Shown here: positions 1-7,453 of the stretch, piece after piece
How positions within the stretch are numbered: the first letter of the stretch is position 1
Layout: the number at the start of each line of letters is the position of its first letter
Source: Candidatus Omnitrophota bacterium
GTDB lineage: Bacteria; Omnitrophota; Gorgyraeia; Zapsychrales; JANLHA01
Assembly (NCBI GenBank): GCA_963662715.1
Contig: OY759724.1
Location: 1,980,001 to 2,012,000 of the forward strand
DNA length: 32,000 nucleotides
Direction of reading: 5' to 3'
Translations under genes and position numbers: made by a program
Notes under the pieces: generated by a model
Told to the model about the DNA's origin: nothing
Databases searched by the model: none
What the model saw: only the letters and a program-made list of their open reading frames with translations

Positions 1-1
1 A

Positions 2-889
2 ATGGTGTTCGATTACAGCCCGCTGACCATTGACATCGTGGCCGCAAAGTACGACGCCAATACTTTAGTCGGTGTTGGCAGCCAGGATGACGACATTGAC
101 ATCTTCGGGATCAACGCGAACTGGGAATTAGGCGATGACTTGGGTACGGTCCTGGAAGGTTATTTCTGGAGCAAAATTGACCAGAGCGTTAAGGATGACG
201 CTATCGGGAATAAGGCGGACACCGTTTACATGCCTGGTATCCGTATGGAAACCAATCTTCTGGACGGCCTTTGGCTTTCCGGAGAACTGGCTTTTCAGTT
301 CGGTATCAAGTCCTACGGGGTTCAGGATATCGTTGCTGAACGCGAGGCTGCGGGCGCTCAGATCATTGCAAATTATATGGTTCCTTTTGAAAGCACAAAG
401 GCTTGGAGCCCGGTCCTGACAACAGCGTATAGCTATTACTCCGGGGACAGTGATCCATCTGACCTCACCGATGTCTATGAGGCCTGGGATCCGGTCCTGG
501 AAAATCAGGGTGGCGGAAAGATTTTCAACACCCTTTTTAATGCCACTAACTGTCACGTTGTAAAGGTTCGCGGAGCTATTGTTCCTATGGAAGATCTGAC
601 TGCGGCTTTTGAGTGGAACGGCTTGTGGTTAGATAAACCGTTAGCCGATACAGACGGAGACGGCCTGACATCTCTGACGTTGATGCAGCCGGATGACAAT
701 GACATCTCTGTATCAACAGATACGGATAAACATATCGGGGATGACCTTTCTCTCGAGTTGGTCTATGACTATACTGAAGATGTCAAGATCGGCGCGAGCT
801 ATGGATGGTTTTTCCCGGGAACAATGTTCACGTCTGACAATGATCAAGTGGCTTCCCAGTTAATGCTCAATGCGATTGTTAATTTCTAA
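2..889 (+). CDS. Outer-membrane beta-barrel protein, C-terminal part (porin/alginate-export-like); 5' end lies outside the window
   Basis: The ORF is open from the window edge. It is D/G/Y/W-rich with an alternating beta-strand pattern. It ends ...QLMLNAIVNF, with terminal Phe and alternating hydrophobics typical of a BAM beta-signal, and a strong terminator follows. Family assignment is by eye only. Confidence 0.55.
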   Translation: MVFDYSPLTIDIVAAKYDANTLVGVGSQDDDIDIFGINANWELGDDLGTVLEGYFWSKIDQSVKDDAIGNKADTVYMPGIRMETNLLDGLWLSGELAFQFGIKSYGVQDIVAEREAAGAQIIANYMVPFESTKAWSPVLTTAYSYYSGDSDPSDLTDVYEAWDPVLENQGGGKIFNTLFNATNCHVVKVRGAIVPMEDLTAAFEWNGLWLDKPLADTDGDGLTSLTLMQPDDNDISVSTDTDKHIGDDLSLELVYDYTEDVKIGASYGWFFPGTMFTSDNDQVASQLMLNAIVNF

Positions 890-920
890 TTAACAATATA
901 CATTGTTGTTGTTGATGTAC

Positions 921-954
921 AAGCCCCTGCTTAATTTAAGCAGGGGCTTTTTTG
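921..954 (+). terminator. Rho-independent terminator of the barrel gene
   Basis: AAGCCCCTGCTT (921-932) pairs perfectly with AAGCAGGGGCTT (938-949), giving a 12-bp GC-rich stem with a 5-nt loop. A T6 run follows at 948-953. Confidence 0.85.
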
Positions 955-1187
955 TCTGTGTCGTTGGGGCCGGGGAGAAATGTCGGAGGTGAACGGTGGC
1001 TTGGGAGATGTCGGGCAGCCACGGGGTGCGGCGTTCGGCAGGAGCTGTTATCGACCGGACGGGAGCAGAAAGACGTGAATTAGTCGGGGAAGATCATCCG
1101 TCCCCTCATGGATTATAAGTCCCGACGAGAATTTTTTCGCGACAGTGTTAAAAAAAACAAAATTATATTTTAAAAAGATTATTTATT

Positions 1188-1196
1188 TGTTATTAT
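1188..1196 (+). promoter_or_regulatory. Possible extended -10 promoter (TGtTATTAT) for the 1263-4129 operon
   Basis: TG at 1188-1189, one spacer base, then TATTAT at 1191-1196, inside an extremely AT-rich block (1141-1262). This is the same TGnTAT.. architecture seen at five other intergenic sites in the window. Confidence 0.3.
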
Positions 1197-1262
1197 AAAA
1201 ATAAATATCTAAAAATTAAACGTTTTATCGAGTTCTAAATCATTAAAATAGAGGAAGTTAAA

Positions 1263-1838
1263 ATGACCAGAGATGAAATTTATGACCATCTGGCTCAGGT
1301 ATACATAGGGAAAAAGAGTAAAAACGATAAGGAAAAGAAAAAACAGCTCAGCGCCTGGCTTGTTATTAACATTGTTATTACTGTTGTTATTTTTGCGAGC
1401 GCTTTTTATGGCTTTACGGCCTTTTTAACTCACCGGGGAGAATCTTTCGAAAACAAGGTGATCTATTCCCTGAATAAAGGTCCGTTGCGTGTTAATTATG
1501 ATCTGACATACCCATATCCTCCGGTCAAGACCTTTTCCTTAACAACCCCACATGTTAATGCCGGTAAGTACCAGAAATTGCAATTTGCCATCAGAGGATT
1601 GGAGGACGGATATCCCGGAATTGTCCGCATAGAAATCAAGAATGCCCGGAATGAAATATCTTCTGTCTTTGTCGACGGGGTCAACCTGGGGTGGAAACGT
1701 TTTGAAATCCCTTTTGCCGAGTTTGATAAAATTACCGATTGGACCAGTATTACCGAGGTGTCTTTTATCCTGGAATCGTGGAATACTGATAAACAAAAAG
1801 GAATTATCCTTATAGACGAAATTTGCTTTTCCAGCTAA
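1263..1838 (+). CDS. Single-pass membrane protein with C-terminal CIA30/CBM11-like beta-sandwich (putative carbohydrate-binding) domain
   Basis: AGAGGAAG RBS precedes the ATG. A Lys-rich N-terminus is followed by a TM segment (WLVINIVITVVIFASAFYGFTAFL). The C-terminal pattern LQFAIRG...VRIEIKN...WKRFEIPFAEF...VSFILES...ILIDEICF resembles CIA30/CBM11-type domains. Domain call is from memory. Confidence 0.7.
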   Translation: MTRDEIYDHLAQVYIGKKSKNDKEKKKQLSAWLVINIVITVVIFASAFYGFTAFLTHRGESFENKVIYSLNKGPLRVNYDLTYPYPPVKTFSLTTPHVNAGKYQKLQFAIRGLEDGYPGIVRIEIKNARNEISSVFVDGVNLGWKRFEIPFAEFDKITDWTSITEVSFILESWNTDKQKGIILIDEICFSS

Positions 1839-1856
1839 AAAGGAGGCTAATGTAAA

Positions 1857-3008
1857 ATGAGAATCATATCCATTGCGAATCAAAAAGGAGGATGTGGGAA
1901 AACCACGACGGCGATTAACCTCTCCTCGGCGCTGAGTCATAATAATAAAAGAACATTGTTGATTGACTTGGATCCGCAATCGCATGCGTCCCTGGGGTTG
2001 AATTTCGAGAACCAAGACAGCCTTTATAATGTGATTTCTAAACTGACGCCTCGTAAGCTGAAAATCCGTAATATTATAAAAAATGTCGACACGAATTTTG
2101 ATATCGTCCCTTCAAGCATTTTGGTCGGGACGCTTGAGCAGGAACTGGCCGATGAGATCGGGCGGGAGACAAAGATTCTGGAGATCATTAATGAAATTAA
2201 GGAAGACTATGACTACATTCTTATTGACTGTCCGCCAAGTCTCGGTATCCTAACCGTGAATTCCATCAGAGCCTCGGATGAGGTCATCATACCCGTCGAG
2301 ACAAGCCGTTTTTCCATGCAGGGGGTTGAGCATCTTATGGACATTATCCATCTGATCCGCGACCGGCTGAATCACCAGGTGGACTATAAAATATTGATCA
2401 CGATGTTCGATTCGCGTTTGAGACATTCATTTTCTATGATGTCAAGCATAAGAGAGAAGTTCAGGGATGTCTTGTGTGACACAATTGTGCATATTAACGT
2501 TAAGCTGAAAGAGTCGGCGGTTATGGGGCAGACCGTGACAGCGTACGATAAATACTGCCGTGGTTCCAAAGATTATTTCAGCCTGGCCAAAGAACTGATT
2601 GCCGCTGAACAGACGGTGGAGAATCCTGAGGCGGCCGTTTCTGCCGGGCGGGAGGTTCCTGCGGAGACAGCCGGCAGTGAAATTCCTCAGGCACTTTCAG
2701 AAAGAATGCAGGAAACGATCAGGGTCCATGCCGGAGAGATGTGCATGACGACATTTACACTCGCTGCTCCGGATGCCAGGTCTGTCTACGTTACGGGCAG
2801 TTTCAATGACTGGTCCTTGGATGAAAATTGCCGGATGCGCCTTGAAGGAGATTCTTGGGTCGTCAAGGTGCCTTTGCGCCCTGGAACCTATAAATATCAA
2901 TTTATTGTTGATGGCCGATGGAAAGAGGACCCGGCAAATCCCCGGCAAGAGCGGAATTCCTTTGGCGATATTAATTCCTTGCTAGAAGTGGTCCCGGTCA
3001 ATGCCTAG
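1857..3008 (+). CDS. ParA/MinD-family ATPase fused to a C-terminal CBM48 / AMPK-beta glycogen-binding domain
   Basis: AAGGAGG RBS. Deviant Walker A NQKGGCGKTT, DLDPQ, and Walker B ILIDCPPSLG. After a roughly 45-aa linker comes FTLAAPDARSVYVTGSFNDWS...WVVKVPLRPGTYKYQFIVDGRWKEDPANP, a classic AMPK1_CBM/CBM48 signature (about nt 2742-2990). Confidence 0.9.
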   Translation: MRIISIANQKGGCGKTTTAINLSSALSHNNKRTLLIDLDPQSHASLGLNFENQDSLYNVISKLTPRKLKIRNIIKNVDTNFDIVPSSILVGTLEQELADEIGRETKILEIINEIKEDYDYILIDCPPSLGILTVNSIRASDEVIIPVETSRFSMQGVEHLMDIIHLIRDRLNHQVDYKILITMFDSRLRHSFSMMSSIREKFRDVLCDTIVHINVKLKESAVMGQTVTAYDKYCRGSKDYFSLAKELIAAEQTVENPEAAVSAGREVPAETAGSEIPQALSERMQETIRVHAGEMCMTTFTLAAPDARSVYVTGSFNDWSLDENCRMRLEGDSWVVKVPLRPGTYKYQFIVDGRWKEDPANPRQERNSFGDINSLLEVVPVNA

Positions 3009-3324
3009 AAAGCAGGCCCTGAAAGAAGACCCCATTTCCGAAGGAAAGATTTTTGCCATTCTGGCCTATCTGTCGATACTCTGCATCATTCCCTTATTGT
3101 TTAAAAAAGATAATCAATTTGTTTTATCTCATGGGAAACAAGGACTCGTGTTATTTATCGGCGAGGTAGGTGTTTTTGTTCTCAGCATTATCTTCCCGTG
3201 GCTGTTGAGGATAGGTTTGTTTTGCCTGGGAATATATTCTTTTGTCGGGATCATTTCTGCTTTGCAGGGACGAACCATAAAACTTCCTTTTATCTCGCGT
3301 ATGGCAGAGAACATTACTCTTTAG
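3001..3324 (+). CDS. Small multi-pass membrane protein, DUF4870-like
   Basis: The start overlaps the ParA-CBM48 stop by 8 nt, suggesting translational coupling. ILAYLSILCIIPLLFKKDNQFVLSHGKQGLVLF resembles the DUF4870 AYL...HaKQ motif. There are two to three hydrophobic helices. Confidence 0.7.
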   Translation: MPRKQALKEDPISEGKIFAILAYLSILCIIPLLFKKDNQFVLSHGKQGLVLFIGEVGVFVLSIIFPWLLRIGLFCLGIYSFVGIISALQGRTIKLPFISRMAENITL

Positions 3325-3388
3325 CTGTTTTTCCGTTTCCTGTCCCTTCGTTTCTTATTAACATTAATATTATTTTCATTGAAATATT

Positions 3389-4129
3389 ATGCCTATAATA
3401 GAGAATATTATTTCCTTTTTCGAGAGAATGCTTGGGACCCCTCATCCCAAGAAAAAGAAACGAAGTTTGCCCAGGAATAAATCGGTAAGCCGCAGAAAAA
3501 CAACCCGGGCAAACGAAGGAGCCCGTAAGCCGGGACCGGGCCGGCTTTCTTCCCCTGGACAGCAAAGCCGGAAGCCTCAGGCAAAGAAGGGCGCTTCAGC
3601 GGCCAGGAAAGTCAAAAAGAAAGTTGTTGCAAAAGAAAAGGTCGCGGCGCGAACAAAACGATATAAAGGTGAAAATAAAAAGACCGGGACAGCCCCTTCA
3701 GTTAAAAAGAAGGCCGTCCATACGCCGAATAAGGCTCGGCAGAGCCCTGTTCGTGGCAGAGCCCTGCCTGAGGTAAAGAAAAAAAATTCTGGGAAGCCGG
3801 TAAAGCAAGCGCAAAAAAAAGTTAAAAGGCCTTCTGCGGGCAATGTGGGAGACAGGTGTGGTTCAGCGGCGATAGAGTTTGACCGGGTGGGGCAAGTAAC
3901 TCATTATTTTTCTAAAATTATGGTTTGTGTGGTTAGGGTTGAGGCGGCGGCCATCTCGCTGGGAGACCAAATTGTCATTAAAGGGAAGAAAACCAAGCTT
4001 TCTCAAAAGGTTCAGTCTCTTCAGGTTGAGAGTGTTGACGTGAAATCGGCCAAGAGAGGTCAACTGGTGGGCCTCAAAGTCGTCAGTCAGGTTTGTCCGG
4101 GTGATGTTGTCCAGAAAATAAGAAAATGA
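3389..4129 (+). CDS. Highly basic (histone-H1-like K/R/A/P-rich) protein with C-terminal EF-Tu-domain-2-like beta-barrel ('translation elongation factor-like protein' family)
   Basis: About 150 aa of KKK/RK low-complexity sequence. The C-terminus then reads GQVTHYFSKIMVCVVRVEAAAISLGDQIVIKGKKTKLSQKVQSLQVESVDVKSAKRGQLVGLKV, matching the small HYF.KI..AV..L...L..GD.I.I.G family from memory. The start codon is uncertain (an in-frame Met lies 13 codons in). Confidence 0.7.
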   Translation: MPIIENIISFFERMLGTPHPKKKKRSLPRNKSVSRRKTTRANEGARKPGPGRLSSPGQQSRKPQAKKGASAARKVKKKVVAKEKVAARTKRYKGENKKTGTAPSVKKKAVHTPNKARQSPVRGRALPEVKKKNSGKPVKQAQKKVKRPSAGNVGDRCGSAAIEFDRVGQVTHYFSKIMVCVVRVEAAAISLGDQIVIKGKKTKLSQKVQSLQVESVDVKSAKRGQLVGLKVVSQVCPGDVVQKIRK

Positions 4130-4216
4130 ACCAATAATGCCAGGCCTCCCAAAGATGCGAAGAAGGAATTCATCGGAAAGATAGATGAGTATCTATTTAA
4201 GGTCTGGTGTATCTAT

Positions 4217-4244
4217 TTGACAGAAATATTCTTTTTGTTATAAT
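4217..4244 (+). promoter_or_regulatory. Near-consensus sigma70-type promoter (TTGACA-N16-TGtTATAAT) for the glycosylation island
   Basis: TTGACA at 4217-4222, a 16-nt spacer containing TG at 4236-4237, and TATAAT at 4239-4244. A direct repeat GTATCTATTT (4189-4198 and 4209-4218) abuts the -35. A roughly 250-nt leader precedes the ATG at 4496. Confidence 0.55.
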
Positions 4245-4495
4245 TTTCTCTATAAGCTTCTCGGGCGGAAAACGTTATGTTAATTGGCGCAGGCTTGATG
4301 AGGGGCAAACAAGATAAACCCGGAGAAGGACGTTAAAAAAATCACGCCTATTATTAAAATATGCATTATCATATTTTCCCTGATGCTCCTCGCGCAAAGT
4401 CATTGGTTTTCATGTAAGACAGAATTGATAATTCACGGCTAAATTTAAAACTGTGCCTTCATAGCGGTGGGAAGGATAATAAAGGAAAATGATAT

Positions 4496-5392
4496 ATGTC
4501 CAACGTCAATAAGTCCCCCATGCCTTCCAACGGAAATTTATTTATGATTTTTTCGGCTTTAAGGCCCTATCAATGGATTAAAAGTGCCTTTGTTTTTCTG
4601 CCGTTGATTTTCGGCGGCAAACTTTTCCATGTCCCCACGTTTATAAAGACAGTCTGGATGGCTTTAATATTCGCCCTTGCCTCCAGCGCCGTCTATGTCC
4701 TGAATGATATTTATGACTTAACCGAAGATCAAAAACATCCGGATAAATGCCGCCGGCCTCTAGCCGCGGGGGTTATGACCCTGTCCCGGGCCAGGATGAT
4801 CATTGTTTCTCTCTCGCTTATTACGCTTGTCTTGTCATATACCGTTAACATTCATGCCGCATTCATCATTATGGCTTATTTTCTTTTGAATTACCTGTAT
4901 TCGAAATATTTAAAGCATATCGTCATTATTGATGTTTTTTGTATCGGAGCTTTTTATTATTTGCGCATCCTGGCCGGGGGGGTTGCCAGCGATGTTTATT
5001 TGTCAAACTGGATCATTATGTGTTCGGTTTTGTTGGCTTTATTCATCGGATTTAATAAACGCAAATATGACGTTGATTTTGAAAAAGACAATCACGCCCA
5101 GACAGATTCTTATACCCGTTATTATATTGACAGAATGATATCCGTCATTGCCTCCTCCTTAATTATGAGTTATGCCCTTTATGTCATGGACCGGGAAACG
5201 ATTGCCAAATTTCATACAACGGCCCTGATTTATACGGTGCCTTTTGTTTATTACGGGATTTTCCGATATATTTATCTGGTTGATATGAAATTACTGGGAG
5301 GCGATCCGGTGCGCATTCTCTGGAAAGACGGAGTTTTGAAATTGACCGTTTTGTTGTGGCTCCTGACGTGCACCGTCATCATATACGTTTGA
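4496..5392 (+). CDS. UbiA-family prenyltransferase, decaprenyl-phosphate 5-phosphoribosyltransferase (DPPR synthase)-like
   Basis: RPYQWIKSAFVFLPLIF...VYVLNDIYDLTEDQKHPDKCRRPLAAG carries the NDxxDxxxD motif (nt 4703-4729) followed by HPxKxxRPxAxG. That combination is characteristic of the Rv3806c/DPPR-synthase branch. A second acidic motif is YDVDFEKD. The protein is polytopic. Confidence 0.85.
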   Translation: MSNVNKSPMPSNGNLFMIFSALRPYQWIKSAFVFLPLIFGGKLFHVPTFIKTVWMALIFALASSAVYVLNDIYDLTEDQKHPDKCRRPLAAGVMTLSRARMIIVSLSLITLVLSYTVNIHAAFIIMAYFLLNYLYSKYLKHIVIIDVFCIGAFYYLRILAGGVASDVYLSNWIIMCSVLLALFIGFNKRKYDVDFEKDNHAQTDSYTRYYIDRMISVIASSLIMSYALYVMDRETIAKFHTTALIYTVPFVYYGIFRYIYLVDMKLLGGDPVRILWKDGVLKLTVLLWLLTCTVIIYV

Positions 5393-5429
5393 ACGTGCAG
5401 ATGAATTAACAGGGCGTTTTTGAAATTTT

Positions 5430-6173
5430 GTGATGATGTCTCCGGCACATATGAAATTATCCGTTATCATCCCTTTTTATAATGAAAAGGGGAACATCAG
5501 CTTTGTTCTTGATGAAATCAACGAGGTCATGGGGCCCCTGGATATCCCGTATGAAGTCATTGCCGTGGATGACGGAAGCGAGGATGCCACCCCGGACATC
5601 CTCCGGCGCTACTCTCAGGATTGGGAGCAGATGACCGTTGTGACTTTTCCTGAAAATAAGGGAAAGGATGCGGCCATGTTCGCCGGTTTTCATGCCGCCG
5701 GCGGGGATGTGATCGTGACTTTGGACGGGGACGGCCAGAACGACTTTCACGATATCGTTCTGATGCTTCCCTGGTTAAAGGACTATGACGGGGTTTTCGG
5801 CGCCAGAGTCAACCGGCAGGACCCTTTCAGCAAGAAAATCGTTTCCCGGGTGGCGGCTTTTTTCCGGAAGTTGATTCTCAAGGATGACGTGAAAGATACG
5901 GCTTGCGCTTTAAAAGTTTTTAAACGCCACGCGCTCGCGAGCCTCTTTCCGATGAGAGGGGTTCATCGTTTTATCCCGTTTTTATTCCATCTCTCAGGAT
6001 TGACTTATAGAATCGTTCCGGTGCATCATCGGCCGAGAAGGGAGGGCCGGTCAAAATTCTCTCTTAAACGGTTTTATTTCGTTTCGACCATTCTTGATCT
6101 TATGTTTATGTGGTGGTTTAAGTTGAACTATATTCGATGTCAGCGTGAGGAAGGCGGTCTTGGTAGAAAATAA
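5430..6173 (+). CDS. GT2 glycosyltransferase, polyprenyl-phosphate sugar synthase-like (DPM1/Ppm1/ArnC/GtrB type)
   Basis: LSVIIPFYNE...VIAVDDGSEDAT...NKGKDAAMFAGF...VTLDGDGQND (DxD), with C-terminal hydrophobic segments. The start is ambiguous: GTG 5430, ATG 5433, 5436 or 5451. Confidence 0.85.
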   Translation: MMMSPAHMKLSVIIPFYNEKGNISFVLDEINEVMGPLDIPYEVIAVDDGSEDATPDILRRYSQDWEQMTVVTFPENKGKDAAMFAGFHAAGGDVIVTLDGDGQNDFHDIVLMLPWLKDYDGVFGARVNRQDPFSKKIVSRVAAFFRKLILKDDVKDTACALKVFKRHALASLFPMRGVHRFIPFLFHLSGLTYRIVPVHHRPRREGRSKFSLKRFYFVSTILDLMFMWWFKLNYIRCQREEGGLGRK

Positions 6174-6186
6174 CTCTCAACCGGGT

Positions 6187-7386
6187 ATGTCAAAAAAGAT
6201 TTGTCATGGATGGTTTCTTCCCCCTGTCCTCATTTTAACCAGCTTTTTTTTAACAGTCATTTTTTTGGAAATCCTGGCCCGTCTTTTTTTGCCGGTTCCT
6301 CCGAGACTCGTCATCGAGAATTTGAACAAACCCGGCCAGAGCGATTATACGGAATATGGAGACTTCCATGTTGACCAGGATGGGCATATTGAGAGTGAAC
6401 GGCTTCCGGGAGGATTTTTTCTTTACTCGCATACGGGCACGCGGCTTAAAAGAAATGCCAGGGGAGTGGTGCGTAACCATGCTGTTTCGAATACCGATGT
6501 GGACATCTCAACCAATTCTTTGGGATTCCGTCACCGGGAACTTGGCCCGAAGAAAAAAAATGAACTGAGGATTTTGGTCCTGGGAGACAGTATCACTTTC
6601 GGAGACTTTGTCCCGCAGGATCAGACATATCCTGCTTATCTTGAGCGCCATTTGCGGGCGATGTTCCCGGCCAAACATATTGAAGTCATTAACGCCGGGG
6701 TCGGGGGGGTTGATCTTCAGAACGAGTTTGCCATTCTCATGGAAAGCGGTCTTTCCGTTGAGCCGGATATTGTTCTGGTAGGCCTGTACCTGAATGATGC
6801 CCATGAGTCCCCTTTCTTGAAAATCAGCCGTTTGCCCTCCTGGCTGGACTGGAGTCATCTCGCAAGATTTGTCCTGGGCAAGGTGGATAAATTGCGTGCG
6901 TTATACCGGGAGCATAAGTGGGAGGAGCAATCTCCCGAGGCTTGGAAGGAGGCCAGGGCAAGGTTTGCCAGGCAGAACCCTTTACGGGAAGGCGGCGGTA
7001 ATACAGATGCGTCCCTGAATTGGGAGATTCACCATGCGTTCAGGGACTGGGGCTATGCCTGGGATGACGGGTACTGGGATAAGGTTCTGGACATTATTGA
7101 TATGATGGCCGATGTCAGTCAGGACCATCATTTTAAATTGGCTTTCTGTTATTTCCCGGTTCGTTTTCAGATCACAGCCGCCCATCTGAAGAATGAGCCT
7201 CAGCAAAGATTTGAAATGGAAATGCAGCGGCGGCGTTTGCCGCATTTGGATTTGCTGCCTGTTTTAAGATCCAAATATTCCGGAGATCAGCAGGACCTGT
7301 TATATGATCATTGTCATTACCGGCCGGAAGGTAATGCTTTTATCGGGGAAATGTTAGCCCGTTTTATGGCAGATCATTTGCTGTGA
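6187..7386 (+). CDS. Membrane-anchored SGNH/GDSL hydrolase (glycan O-acetyl esterase/transferase-like)
   Basis: All four SGNH blocks are present: LVLGDSITFG (I), INAGVGG (II), GLYLNDA (III) and DHCHYRPEG (V, DxxH). The N-terminal TM is WFLPPVLILTSFFLTVIFLEIL. I prefer ATG 6187 over the track's GTG 6145, which overlaps the upstream gene. Confidence 0.8.
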   Translation: MSKKICHGWFLPPVLILTSFFLTVIFLEILARLFLPVPPRLVIENLNKPGQSDYTEYGDFHVDQDGHIESERLPGGFFLYSHTGTRLKRNARGVVRNHAVSNTDVDISTNSLGFRHRELGPKKKNELRILVLGDSITFGDFVPQDQTYPAYLERHLRAMFPAKHIEVINAGVGGVDLQNEFAILMESGLSVEPDIVLVGLYLNDAHESPFLKISRLPSWLDWSHLARFVLGKVDKLRALYREHKWEEQSPEAWKEARARFARQNPLREGGGNTDASLNWEIHHAFRDWGYAWDDGYWDKVLDIIDMMADVSQDHHFKLAFCYFPVRFQITAAHLKNEPQQRFEMEMQRRRLPHLDLLPVLRSKYSGDQQDLLYDHCHYRPEGNAFIGEMLARFMADHLL

Positions 7387-7453
7387 ATTTCATCACAGGC
7401 CATGAGGGCTTTATCCCGGACGGAAGCTGTCCGGGCAAACCCAGGAGAACAAA

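Noticed and set aside
3577-3843. 88-aa minus-strand ORF
   Set aside because: It is the antisense of the Lys-rich (AAA/AAG) region of 3389-4129, giving a Phe-rich artefact.
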